Source of the DNA: a virus
Lineage: Duplodnaviria > Caudoviricetes
Length of the DNA stretch: 48,687 nt
IMG/VR virus record: IMGVR_UViG_3300037467_001959
Location: 1 to 48,687 of that record
Reading direction: 5' to 3' (one strand)
Part shown: positions 37,915 to 47,710 of the stretch, one piece after another
How positions within the stretch are numbered: position 1 is the first letter of the stretch
Layout: each line of letters starts with the position of its first letter
Program-made: the position numbers and the translations under genes
The notes under the pieces: generated by a model
Told to the model about the DNA's origin: nothing
Databases searched by the model: none
What the model saw: the letters and a program-made list of their open reading frames with translations, nothing else

Positions 37915-38732
37915 CCGGCGCCGCACCCATCCAGGGCCTGAGCAGCCAGGCGGTCACCGTGCTGTCCGTGGACGGCAACACGGCCTATGTCCGGAGCGAC
38001 CACACCGGCGGCCGCTTCCCGGTCGCCAGGGACGTCCTCAGGGCGCACGCGCTGCCACCGATGCCCGGCGAACGGTGGATCGTGGACCGTGCGTACGGGA
38101 GCGACTGGACCTTCGCCGCGATTATCGACGGTGACGTGGTCAACCCCGTGCTCACGGTGGGTAACGCCGCTGAGCGGTTGGCGATCCGGAACCCCTTCCA
38201 GAACCTGGCCGTGTACCAGCTCGATTCCTACTCGATGTGGTACTACAACGGCACCGCCTGGGTAGAACGCATTCCGCCGAGCTTCACCGCACTCCAGGCC
38301 CAGGTCAACGCCCTGCCGCGCGGTCTGCTGAAGATCGTCCGCTGGCCGTCGGACATCACCATCGTCAACACCGCGTCGATCCTCATGGAGTCGCTGAGTG
38401 TGCCCGTGGTGGCCGGGCGTTCCTACGAGATCGTGTGGCACTGCAACCAGGCGGGTTCGCTGGCCGCCGGGCCGCCGAACGGACAGGCCTCCCTGGTCTC
38501 GGCCGTGGGCTCGGTGGCCGCCTCCTCGCCCAGCCTGCGCGGCTCGGGCATCCGGGTCTACAACGCCACCCAGGAGGTCATCACTCTGACGGCCACCTTC
38601 GACGCGACGGCGAACGAGACCCGGGCCTTCGGCATCGCGGCCAACTCCGGGTCCAGCTCGGCCTCGATCACCTTCTACGGAGCGCAGGGCCGCTTCCTCA
38701 GCGTGAAGGACGTCGGCCTGACCCCTCCGTGA
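37911..38732 (+). CDS. Putative baseplate spike/minor tail protein (OB-fold N-terminus)
   Basis: GTGA overlap; PMPGERWIV motif typical of gpV-like N-termini. Confidence 0.6.
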   Translation: MTGAAPIQGLSSQAVTVLSVDGNTAYVRSDHTGGRFPVARDVLRAHALPPMPGERWIVDRAYGSDWTFAAIIDGDVVNPVLTVGNAAERLAIRNPFQNLAVYQLDSYSMWYYNGTAWVERIPPSFTALQAQVNALPRGLLKIVRWPSDITIVNTASILMESLSVPVVAGRSYEIVWHCNQAGSLAAGPPNGQASLVSAVGSVAASSPSLRGSGIRVYNATQEVITLTATFDATANETRAFGIAANSGSSSASITFYGAQGRFLSVKDVGLTPP

Positions 38733-38733
38733 G

Positions 38734-38769
38734 CCTGTCCGGCGCCATCGCCTCGGCCCCAACTAGTAG
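38734..38769 (+). promoter_or_regulatory. Putative phage late-promoter motif for baseplate wedge genes
   Basis: CCTGTC-N19-CCAA-CTAG-TAG before AAGGAGG and ATG 38788. Confidence 0.6.
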
Positions 38770-38787
38770 CCGGGAAGGAGGTACGCC

Positions 38788-39222
38788 ATGAAGACGCTCG
38801 CCCTCGTCAATGGCGACCTCGCCATCGGGACGAACGGCGGCTACCTGACGTACTCGGGGGCCCAGCGGATCAAGCAGGACCTGACCCTCGGGCTGACCGA
38901 GGAGTACGGGACCGACCGCTTCCACCCCACCTACGGCTCGATCGTGCAGGCCTACCTGGGCCAGGTCCTCTCGGCGGACATCATGCAGCTGGTCCGCGCC
39001 GAGGTGAACCGGGTCCTCCAGAACTACCTGGTCATCCAGCAGAACGAGGTCATCCGGGACACCGTGGTCGACGTGCAGGGCCGCTACGACACCTCCGATG
39101 TCGTCCAGTCCGTCGACAACGTGGCCGCCCGGTCCGTGCTCGACACGATCTACATCACGGCGACCCTGACCACCCTCTCGCGCGAGACGGTGACCATCTC
39201 CCGGCAGGTAACTCCCTCATGA
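38788..39222 (+). CDS. Baseplate wedge subunit (gp25/gpW-like)
   Basis: NGDL...G..RIKQDL...L.EEYGTDRFHPTYGS. Confidence 0.85.
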   Translation: MKTLALVNGDLAIGTNGGYLTYSGAQRIKQDLTLGLTEEYGTDRFHPTYGSIVQAYLGQVLSADIMQLVRAEVNRVLQNYLVIQQNEVIRDTVVDVQGRYDTSDVVQSVDNVAARSVLDTIYITATLTTLSRETVTISRQVTPS

Positions 39223-39698
39223 GCCTCTTCAAAAAGCGCGGCATCCCGCGCTCCGAGCAGCCCAGGCAGCGGCCGACCACCGGCCCGAAGACCCCGAGCG
39301 GCGCCAGCACGGCGTACGAGCCGCCGGAGGCGCCCCTGGGCCCGGCTCCCGGCGCTCTGCCGCCCGGCACGCGACTGCCGCCTGCGGAACTGGCCGAGGC
39401 CCGGCGCGTGCTAGAGGAGGGTCGCGCGTTCGCGCCGCACTGCGACGCCCGGATCCTGCACGAGCCCGGCGAGTGCTGGGCGTGCGACCTCTACCCGGAC
39501 TGGCAGGCGCTCCGCAAGCTGTGGGGGATCGCCTTCACCGGTCACCGGCCCGAGGTCGAGCGCCTGACCATCGACGGGGCTCCGGTCGGGCACGAGCGGC
39601 GGGAACTGCCCTGCCCGGCCGACTACAACCGTCCTCCGGACTCGCCATCCGATCACCGACAGTGGCCGAACAACCGAGCTGAAGGGGAGCGCGGATGA
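39219..39698 (+). CDS. Hypothetical Cys/His protein inserted in the baseplate operon
   Basis: ATGA overlaps at both ends; PHCD.RILH.PGEC..CD motif. Confidence 0.65.
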   Translation: MSLFKKRGIPRSEQPRQRPTTGPKTPSGASTAYEPPEAPLGPAPGALPPGTRLPPAELAEARRVLEEGRAFAPHCDARILHEPGECWACDLYPDWQALRKLWGIAFTGHRPEVERLTIDGAPVGHERRELPCPADYNRPPDSPSDHRQWPNNRAEGERG

Positions 39699-41521
39699 CC
39701 TCGACCGGCGACATCGCGGCCAAGATGGTCGCGGCGCTCAATGCCGCCGAGCCGGATCTGGACGTCTCCGTCGGCACGGTGGCTCGCAAGATCATCGATA
39801 CGGTCTCGGAATCGATCGCCGAGGCCTACTCGGACTCGCACCTGATCCAGTACCAGTACGACATCGACTCGAAGTCCGGCGGCGACCTCGACGACTTCTG
39901 CGCGCTCTTCGGCATCGTCCGGATCCCCTCATCCCGGGCGCAGGGCGTGGTCACCTTCACCCGGCCGAATGATCAGTTCGCGGCCACCACGGCGCTGGTG
40001 ATCCCTCCCGGTACGCAGGTGGTCGCCCAGACGAACCCGATCATCTACGCGCAGACCACCGTCTCCGCCGTGATGAACCCGGGCCAGTTGACCGCCGACG
40101 TGCCGGTCCAGGCCGTCGTAGCGGGCACGAGCGGCAACGTCGCGGCCGGGATGCTGGTCACCGTGGCCACGGCCGTGTCCGGCATCGCCAAGGTGGTGAA
40201 CGCGGGCCCGCTGTCCGGCGGGTCGAACCAGGAGTCGGATGCCGACCTGCGCACCCGCTTCCGGAACACCGTCTTCCGCTCGCTGGCGGGCACCCAGAGC
40301 ATGTACCAGGCGATCGCGCTGGCTACGCCCCAGGATCCCACGATGCCGAACACCCGCGCCGTGACGCAGGTGAACGTCCTCGGGTCCTCTAAGCGCTACC
40401 GGGAGCAGATCCAGCTGGTCAGCGGCTCGGCGTCGAGCACGGTGCCCCGGGCGGCCTACATCTTCCCGGACAACGTCTACTGCGGCGCCGACATCGACGC
40501 GGGGAACCTGCTCACCCAGGGCACGAACTTCGCCTTCACTCCCTCGAACCCGACCACTGGCGGCAACGCGACGGCGACCCTGACCGCGCTCTCCGGCATG
40601 CCGGACGGGATCTACGACCTCGACTTCGAGTACGTGCCGAAGTCCTCGCGCAACGACCCGGGCAACACCCGCTTCGCCAAGGGCGGGATCAACAACCGGG
40701 TCGACGTGTGGATTAACGGCACGATTGCCGACGTCGCCACGCAGACGGTGAGCTTCTCGAACTCCCGGCTGTTCACCGCCGGGTTCAACGACCCCTACTA
40801 CAACCAGGCCTTCTCCCAGGCCAGCGCGGCCACGCCCGTACCGCCGGTCGGGAACATCTTCATCCCGCTGGCCTACGGCCCGGTGCTCGCGGTGCCGGAC
40901 ACCCTGGTGATCAATGGCGTCACCTACACCGAGGGCGCGGACTACTGGATCACCCAGCGCGAGGACGCCTTCGGGATGAGCCCCAGTTCCCTGTTCGGGC
41001 TGTCCTGGCAGACCAGCCGGGTGCCGCCGAACAACGCGGTCTTCGCGATCACCTACACCTACAATCGGGTCGCGCGTGACGTCCAGGACAACATCGCGCT
41101 GTGGCGGCTGGTCGGCACCGACGCGCAGGCCCACTGCGGACTCCGGCGGATGGTCAAGTTCAACTTCGCCATCGTCTACGACCGCGCCTACGACACGAGC
41201 GCGGTGAACACGAACATCGACATCGCGCTGTCCGCGCTGTGCTCCAGCCTCGGTTTCGGTGCTTCGCTTCAGGTTTCCGATGTCATCCAGACTGTCCATA
41301 ATGTACCCGGAGTGGACAATGTGCGGTTTCTGACCTCCACCGATGACGCAGTCAGCTATGCCATGGCGCAGATGTCGCCGTGGACGGCGAACACCCAGCT
41401 GTCGGTCTACGCCTCGGGCGGGCGGGCGGTCGACGCCACCTTCAGCAACAGCGAGTACCCCGTCTTCCACTCCTCGCGCATCATCGCCAAGGCCCCGAAC
41501 ACTTTCTCGATCGGAGCGTGA
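39695..41521 (+). CDS. Baseplate J-like wedge protein
   Basis: G.DLDDF...FGIVR, IPPGTQV, GTSGNVAAG, GGSNQESDADLRTR. Confidence 0.9.
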   Translation: MTSTGDIAAKMVAALNAAEPDLDVSVGTVARKIIDTVSESIAEAYSDSHLIQYQYDIDSKSGGDLDDFCALFGIVRIPSSRAQGVVTFTRPNDQFAATTALVIPPGTQVVAQTNPIIYAQTTVSAVMNPGQLTADVPVQAVVAGTSGNVAAGMLVTVATAVSGIAKVVNAGPLSGGSNQESDADLRTRFRNTVFRSLAGTQSMYQAIALATPQDPTMPNTRAVTQVNVLGSSKRYREQIQLVSGSASSTVPRAAYIFPDNVYCGADIDAGNLLTQGTNFAFTPSNPTTGGNATATLTALSGMPDGIYDLDFEYVPKSSRNDPGNTRFAKGGINNRVDVWINGTIADVATQTVSFSNSRLFTAGFNDPYYNQAFSQASAATPVPPVGNIFIPLAYGPVLAVPDTLVINGVTYTEGADYWITQREDAFGMSPSSLFGLSWQTSRVPPNNAVFAITYTYNRVARDVQDNIALWRLVGTDAQAHCGLRRMVKFNFAIVYDRAYDTSAVNTNIDIALSALCSSLGFGASLQVSDVIQTVHNVPGVDNVRFLTSTDDAVSYAMAQMSPWTANTQLSVYASGGRAVDATFSNSEYPVFHSSRIIAKAPNTFSIGA

Positions 41522-41522
41522 C

Positions 41523-42824
41523 ATGGCGGACACCCTTGTCGAGAACCCATCCTTCTTCCAGAACTTCGACGCGGCGGCCGCCGCCGACCTGATGTCCATG
41601 CAGCTGGCGCCTGGCCAGCCGGACACCACCGAGGGCATCTTCACCGCGTCCGACCCGATCGTGCCGGACCGGATCACCAGTGAGCGCCTCGCGCACTTCG
41701 ACCCGGAGATCTACGACCTGCGCGACACCTCGCACCTGATGAAGCTGCTCAAGGTGCTGCTGGGCGGTTCGGGGGCGGGCGGTCTGCGCAAGCAGCTGGC
41801 CGTGGCCCGGATGCAGAACAGCTTCAGCGGCATGCACTTCCTCGACCTGGACCGCTTCTACGGCGCGCTGTTCGGCATCCGGCGCACGCAGGCGGAGTTG
41901 CTGCCGGGTGACTTCGACCCCTACAGCGATGGCGCCTCGTCGGCGGAGTGGGACGACATCCACTCGCGTGACGCCAGCTACCGCGACCGGCTGATCAAGT
42001 TCGCGCGCTCGATCCCGCACGGTGGCAGCTACACCGGCATGAAGCTGATGGCCGAGTCGCTGATCGGCGCCGAGTGCGAGATCTACGAGTCGTGGGTGTG
42101 GATCGACGAGCAGGACGCGGGCCGGTTCCAGCCGAACGTCCTGAACTACACCTACAACTTCCTGCTCAACTCCGTCCGGAACTACCAGGGCATGACCGCG
42201 CGCACCTGGGGCGACTGGGCGGGCGCCGGGCAGCTGTTCACCGGCCGGACGAGTCAGCGCACCCGCTCGGACTGGATGCTGGTCCCGAAGCGGCCGCTGG
42301 CCACCTGGGAGCAGTTCCAGCTGATGCGGGTGCTGGGCACCTTCAAGCCCGCCGGGACGCAGTTCACGGTCTTCAACAAGGGCCTGAACATCCACCAGCC
42401 GGTGGAGATCCGGAACGTCTCGGCCAGCTCGGAGTACTGGGAGATCGTCTCCTCGGTCACCCCGAACCCGAACCTGAACTACAACCCTTACGCCAACCCG
42501 CTCGGCTTCCTCAGCTCGGCTGTGGCAGCCCCGCAGGCTCGCCCGGCGTTCTCGGGCTACCAGGGCGAGGAATGGACGCTCAACGGCGACGTGGCGACCG
42601 TGACGAGCTACACCCTCAACGACGACGACACCCGCACCCCCGGCGACGACGACCTGGTGCTCTACAGCGACGGCACGACGCGTTCCTACGAGGCCAAGAA
42701 CGGGCTGATGACCGCCGCCCAGGCGGCCGCCACCCAGCTGGTCTCCGACGGCGTGATGACCTCGGCGCCCTACGCCCAGGCGCGCAGCTCCCTGAACGTG
42801 AACACGGTGGTGGCCGCCCGATGA
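41523..42824 (+). CDS. Baseplate wedge subunit (gpI-like)
   Basis: LDRFYGALFGIRR, DASYRDRL, FKPAGT; follows the J gene; start 41523. Confidence 0.7.
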   Translation: MADTLVENPSFFQNFDAAAAADLMSMQLAPGQPDTTEGIFTASDPIVPDRITSERLAHFDPEIYDLRDTSHLMKLLKVLLGGSGAGGLRKQLAVARMQNSFSGMHFLDLDRFYGALFGIRRTQAELLPGDFDPYSDGASSAEWDDIHSRDASYRDRLIKFARSIPHGGSYTGMKLMAESLIGAECEIYESWVWIDEQDAGRFQPNVLNYTYNFLLNSVRNYQGMTARTWGDWAGAGQLFTGRTSQRTRSDWMLVPKRPLATWEQFQLMRVLGTFKPAGTQFTVFNKGLNIHQPVEIRNVSASSEYWEIVSSVTPNPNLNYNPYANPLGFLSSAVAAPQARPAFSGYQGEEWTLNGDVATVTSYTLNDDDTRTPGDDDLVLYSDGTTRSYEAKNGLMTAAQAAATQLVSDGVMTSAPYAQARSSLNVNTVVAAR

Positions 42825-45800
42825 CCTCCCCGCAGCTCCCCGGCTCCTCGGTGGCCCCGGCCTGGGTCGGCGGCATGCCGCTGTCGAACCTCGTCGAGGG
42901 CATCCGGCTGAACAACGTGGGCTCGGCGCAGCAGAGCGTCGACACCCAGCGGTTCTGGGCCAGCCCGTCCCGGGACGCCAGCTCGACCGCGCGCGAGGTC
43001 ATGCAACTGACGCTGAGCAGCGCCCGGCGGCTCAACGAGATCGAGTTCGACACGGCCGCCTTCCCGCAGGACATCTACGCCGAGTTCTACGACGAGCAGA
43101 CCGGCGCCTGGTCGCCGTGCCTGGAGGATCTGCCGGGCTCGCCGTCGCCGGTCTCCTTCAGCGTCCGGGACTCGGTGCCCACCGTGCTGCCGCCCGCCAG
43201 CGCGGTGACCGGTCACCTGCACCCGCAGCACAGCTTCACCGGCCACTGGCGGACGGTCACCTTCAAGATCCGGCCGATCTCCACCAAGCTGCTCCGGCTG
43301 GTGCTCTCGCGCTCCGAGCGCGGCACGCCGCCGACGAACAGCCAGGGCGTGCTCGTGCCCTACTCGCTGGCCATCCGCAACCTCAAGCTGTCCTACTCGA
43401 TCCGGAAGCTCTCGGATGTCCCCTACACCCAGCCCGCGCAGGGCGAGGTCCGGGACACTTTCGCCACCACCATGGACCTGTTCGGTTCGCCGGTGGACTT
43501 CCAGGTGCGCGTCAACTCCGCCACCAACGTGATCGGCGAGACGACCGGCGCGAACCAGCTCACCACGGTCTGGAAGAGCGAGCCGCAGCCCATCCCCTGG
43601 GCGGTGGTGAACTTCTACGTGGATGCCCGGGACGATGATGGGAACGGGCAGATCCTGGACCGGTTCTACCTGGAGCCGCTCTACGACGGGCCGACGTGCA
43701 ACCTCTACTGGTCGGACTCCGAGCCCACCAACGCCTTCCGGTCCAATTCGGACCCGCTGCCGCCGGTGGTGGCCAGCGTGAACAACTCCGCAGGCGTCAC
43801 CGGGAACGTGCTCAACTTCGACGACCCGGCATTCGACACCGCGATCGCCTTCGTCGAGCTGCGCAACGCGGGCATCGCCTTCGACCCTTCGCGACCGTGG
43901 TCCTTCGGCGGCCAGCTGAACTTCAAATTCAGCCACGGCACGCAGGCCTACGACTGCCCGATATTCTCCTGTGACCAGTTCAATCTGACCTGGACCCCGC
44001 TCGGGCCCCGGCTCACCACCACAGCCGGAGACAGCCTGCTGGTGCCCACGCAGACCGCGCCGCGTGGGGTGCTCACCGACTCGGTCGATGTCGATGGGGC
44101 ACCGATCTACACCGACGACACGACTCCAGTCTTCGTCGGGTTCGACCCGGCGACGCCGGTGAACTTCCTCGCCTGGAGTGACGGCACGACCCTCGGACTG
44201 GCCATTCGTTTCGGTGGCAGCGAGTTCGCCGGAACGCTGCCGATCACCGTTCCCCTCGGCACGGTGAAGACCATGCGGGTGGGCGCTTTCCTGGGTGACT
44301 CCCCCGGCGCGCCCCGCTCGCGGATGCAGGCGCTGATCCTCAAGACGGACACGTCGCCGACGCCGGAAGAGGTCGAAGAGTTCCTGCGCGACCCGTTCCC
44401 GTATGTGCTCAACAGTGTCTACTTGGGACAGAACGATCCGCGCACGGACAACGCACTGCTGCGCTACCACCCGAGCTTCTACAGCGCAAACTCGCCGTCG
44501 GCGTTCATCGGCGGCGCCCCGGATCGCTACGCGTTCATGGAGTGGCACCCGATCGCACGGGATTACGTCCTACGCAAGGGATACCTGTATTTCCCGCCCA
44601 CCCGGGCGAAGTACTGGAAGCTGGAGTTCACCAACCTCTCGCCGCAGGCCTACGAGGTCTACCGGCCGGTCGACAAGACCGTGAACGTCTTCCCCTCCGA
44701 GCAGTGGCGGAAGTCGGTTCCCTCGGGCGCGGCGCCGACCTCGGCCGCCGGGTTGGCCGAGCTGCTTCCCGGGCGGGACAACGTCTACGTCGTCAACACC
44801 CTCACCCAGTCGCTGGACAACAACCGCACGGCGATTGTCGGGACGCAGGCTCCGAAGTCGAACACCACGGCGCGAGTGATCTACGACAACGAGGTCCGGG
44901 CGAAGGTGGCCGACGCCTACTGGGCCTGGTCGTTCCTGCCCATGCACGCCACCGGCTCGACGCCATCCTGGGAGTCGACGGGCGTTCACCACTACCAGGT
45001 GGTCAACTACCAGCAGACCAGGAAGGTCGGCTACTTCGTCGGCCTGCGCTCGATCGCGGCGTTCAAGGTGAGCTACCTGAACACCGACGACACCAACCAG
45101 TACGTGGACCTGTTCTACGATCTGTCCAATGTGGCCGATGGAGGGAACTGGATCCTGCCGCAGGACCATCAGCTCACCGCCGGGGACGCGGCCTACGCGC
45201 AGGTGCAGAGCAAGGTCTTCCCCTCCAATCGGGTCGTCACTGCTGTGCAGTTCGCGACGCAGCAAAGCGACCCTGAGCAGCTGCTGCCCGACCCCGACCT
45301 CGCCGACCCGGAGATCGCCAGCTGGCTGCCGGTCGGGGATGCGGTGCTCTCCGACTCCTCCGGCCAGGAACCCACGCTGGCCTCGACGAAGCGGATCAAC
45401 CGGTCGCAGCCCCCGCTCACCTGGGGCCGGGTCTCCCAGGGCTACCTCACCTGGGGTGGCATCACCAGCCTGAACGCGACCTGGCGCGCGGTGACGATCG
45501 GCACCCAGATCCCCAGCGAAGTGGGCGGCATCAGCTCGAAGGCGATCCCCCTGCCGCTAGGTGGCCGCGTGCACGTCGCAGCCCGAGCGATCGCGGACGC
45601 GGACCTCTCGCTGCCCCTGTCGGTGCAGCTGGTCAACGCCGCCGACGGGCGTGTGCTGGCCGACGCCGAGGCCCAGCTGAAGGCGGGCCAGATCGCCGAG
45701 TGGTACGCCAGCTACACCATCGGCGAGGGCGTCAACCCGGCGCCGTGGCTCTGGAGCGACTTCGCCAGCAGCGGTTACAACACCCAGGGGCTGAACACGA

Positions 45801-47710
45801 CCTTCAGCGGCCCCAATGCCACGACGCTGCCCGCGCTCGACAGCGGCCAGCTCTGGCAGTGGCCGGTCGACGGCAGCGGGAACGAGCAAAGCCTGGACAT
45901 CGTCTCGGCGGCCGCCACGGTGACCGCCGATGGGCAGACCGACTGGGTGGACACCGGCAGCCCCTGGGGCACGCTCCAGGTCACCATGGGCACGATGGGC
46001 AGCGCCACGCCGGGCACCTTCGCGCTGTTGCGGCTGGACCCTTTCTTCATCACCGAGACCGGCGCGCTGGCCCTGTTCGGCGCGGACATCCCGGCCTCGC
46101 GCGGGCTCGTGCTCACCTCGAACAACACCGCGTACACCGTGCAGGCAGGCGACGTCATCCGCGTGGATTTCCTCCCGGCCGACTACGTGCCGCCGGACAA
46201 GCTCGATCCGACCGGCAGCCCGTACGACCAGTACGCGATGATGTTCTGGGTCAACGGGGTCTGGAAGTCGACCCGGACGCACAACTTCGGCGCGCTGCCC
46301 ACCAAGGGCATCAAGGGGCACCTGAACCAGAAGTTCACCAAGTTCAGTTGGACGCCCGCGCCTTACGGCCGGATCCCGGGCTCGACCATCGCAGGCATGC
46401 CGCGCAAGGGCAATGGCGCCTGGATCGACACCACCGTCCAGCAGTCCTGGAAGGACTCTGCTGGGCGGCAGTGGAACGTCGCCTCCTCGAACGCCACCAC
46501 GACGCCCACGGCCACCTGGGACACCACGAACAACCCCGAAACCGCCAACCGCGACGACCTCGGCGCGACGTTGGTGGCCAGCTCGGACAACGCGGTCTTC
46601 TGGACCGACACCGAGCAGTGGAACGGCAACCTGACCTTCCGGGTGCGCGCGATCGCGGGCACAGCGGGCCAGGTCGATCCTGCTGGGCGGCGCGGCCTAG
46701 TGGCCTGCCTCGACTTCGACAACGGGATCTACCTCGACGCACAGGGGAATCTGGTCCAGAACGGCGCGGTCATCCAGACCGGCTTCCTGCCGGGCGGGAT
46801 CCCGCTGAACAAGAACATCACCGTGGTCTTCGCCGACTCGAAGTTGTTCAACGCGGCCTCGACGTCCGGACGCCAGGTCTACGTGATCTACGACAGCATC
46901 CTTCAGGGCACGGCGGCGGGCAGCGCGGTGAACCTGATGAAGGGCACGAAGCGTGGCCTGGCGGGCTCTGTCTACAGTGGAACGCGGCCGGGCGGGGCGA
47001 ACTACACCATCGATACGTCCTTTCAGGACTTCCACTGGAGCCCGAACGCGAAGCTGATCTCCCTGGCGGTGAACAATCCCTCGTGGGCCTCGGCTACCCG
47101 CAATGGGACGCTGACCTACGGCGAGGTGCTCGCGCAGAAGGACACCGAGCACCTGAACGTCTACGCCCGAGTCGTGCAGCAGGGTGCCACCAAAGACGTC
47201 TGGGACGTCGACAACATCTCGCTCTACGCCGACCCGATCATCTGGTTCTTCTCCAACGACGGCGGGACCACATTCATCCCGGCCTACGAGATCCGTAACA
47301 ACCCGGCGGGCGTACTGGTGTTTCCGCAGATCACCGCCGTGAACCTGGTCCAGAAGCCGGGCAACGCTCTGGTCTGGCGGGCGGTGAGCTACCGGCCCGG
47401 CGCCACGGTGTCCTCGCTGACCATCCGGCCCTGGTACGGCGGCATGTTCTCCGGGATTGACCACCGCGCGGCGCTGACGCCGGTGAGCCCGAACCTGATG
47501 CCCTACGACCAGTACGGCGACATCCGCAAGGACGCCCGTTTCCAGACCTGGAACCTGCCCATCCCGCGCAGCTGGTGGTATCGGTTCCAGGTCCTGGAGC
47601 GGGTGCCGACGCCCGGCCCGAGCACCGCGCCCATCCCGGAGCAGCCCGGCTATCCGGGCGACGCCGTCTTCCCCGGTTTCAACGTCTACCCAGGAGTGGC
47701 TACGCCATGA
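42821..47710 (+). CDS. Large baseplate/minor tail protein (about 1629 aa) with beta-sandwich domains
   Basis: ATGA overlap at 42821; W/T/S-rich beta domains; position after the wedge genes. Confidence 0.8.
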   Translation: MTSPQLPGSSVAPAWVGGMPLSNLVEGIRLNNVGSAQQSVDTQRFWASPSRDASSTAREVMQLTLSSARRLNEIEFDTAAFPQDIYAEFYDEQTGAWSPCLEDLPGSPSPVSFSVRDSVPTVLPPASAVTGHLHPQHSFTGHWRTVTFKIRPISTKLLRLVLSRSERGTPPTNSQGVLVPYSLAIRNLKLSYSIRKLSDVPYTQPAQGEVRDTFATTMDLFGSPVDFQVRVNSATNVIGETTGANQLTTVWKSEPQPIPWAVVNFYVDARDDDGNGQILDRFYLEPLYDGPTCNLYWSDSEPTNAFRSNSDPLPPVVASVNNSAGVTGNVLNFDDPAFDTAIAFVELRNAGIAFDPSRPWSFGGQLNFKFSHGTQAYDCPIFSCDQFNLTWTPLGPRLTTTAGDSLLVPTQTAPRGVLTDSVDVDGAPIYTDDTTPVFVGFDPATPVNFLAWSDGTTLGLAIRFGGSEFAGTLPITVPLGTVKTMRVGAFLGDSPGAPRSRMQALILKTDTSPTPEEVEEFLRDPFPYVLNSVYLGQNDPRTDNALLRYHPSFYSANSPSAFIGGAPDRYAFMEWHPIARDYVLRKGYLYFPPTRAKYWKLEFTNLSPQAYEVYRPVDKTVNVFPSEQWRKSVPSGAAPTSAAGLAELLPGRDNVYVVNTLTQSLDNNRTAIVGTQAPKSNTTARVIYDNEVRAKVADAYWAWSFLPMHATGSTPSWESTGVHHYQVVNYQQTRKVGYFVGLRSIAAFKVSYLNTDDTNQYVDLFYDLSNVADGGNWILPQDHQLTAGDAAYAQVQSKVFPSNRVVTAVQFATQQSDPEQLLPDPDLADPEIASWLPVGDAVLSDSSGQEPTLASTKRINRSQPPLTWGRVSQGYLTWGGITSLNATWRAVTIGTQIPSEVGGISSKAIPLPLGGRVHVAARAIADADLSLPLSVQLVNAADGRVLADAEAQLKAGQIAEWYASYTIGEGVNPAPWLWSDFASSGYNTQGLNTTFSGPNATTLPALDSGQLWQWPVDGSGNEQSLDIVSAAATVTADGQTDWVDTGSPWGTLQVTMGTMGSATPGTFALLRLDPFFITETGALALFGADIPASRGLVLTSNNTAYTVQAGDVIRVDFLPADYVPPDKLDPTGSPYDQYAMMFWVNGVWKSTRTHNFGALPTKGIKGHLNQKFTKFSWTPAPYGRIPGSTIAGMPRKGNGAWIDTTVQQSWKDSAGRQWNVASSNATTTPTATWDTTNNPETANRDDLGATLVASSDNAVFWTDTEQWNGNLTFRVRAIAGTAGQVDPAGRRGLVACLDFDNGIYLDAQGNLVQNGAVIQTGFLPGGIPLNKNITVVFADSKLFNAASTSGRQVYVIYDSILQGTAAGSAVNLMKGTKRGLAGSVYSGTRPGGANYTIDTSFQDFHWSPNAKLISLAVNNPSWASATRNGTLTYGEVLAQKDTEHLNVYARVVQQGATKDVWDVDNISLYADPIIWFFSNDGGTTFIPAYEIRNNPAGVLVFPQITAVNLVQKPGNALVWRAVSYRPGATVSSLTIRPWYGGMFSGIDHRAALTPVSPNLMPYDQYGDIRKDARFQTWNLPIPRSWWYRFQVLERVPTPGPSTAPIPEQPGYPGDAVFPGFNVYPGVATP

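Noticed and set aside
15072-42820. Upstream-extended starts in the ORF track (15072, 19886, 22039, 23220, 26122, 35176, 36696, 41343, 42074)
   Set aside because: Extensions overlap upstream genes; internal starts with RBS or stop-start coupling fit better
880-44548. Very long minus-strand ORFs (e.g. 880-3054, 5242-7566, 7443-10262, 16450-19818, 30834-33209, 35557-37926)
   Set aside because: Antisense shadows of GC3-biased + strand genes; no RBS or recognisable motifs
1416-47298. Arg/Pro/Gly-rich alternative-frame + strand ORFs (e.g. 6036-7574, 18297-19682, 45700-47298)
   Set aside because: Off-frame read-through typical of high-GC DNA, fully overlapping better-supported genes
28265-47710. 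Stand-alone contractile injection system or tailocin
   Set aside because: Portal, protease, scaffold and capsid genes are linked, so this is a complete phage morphogenesis module
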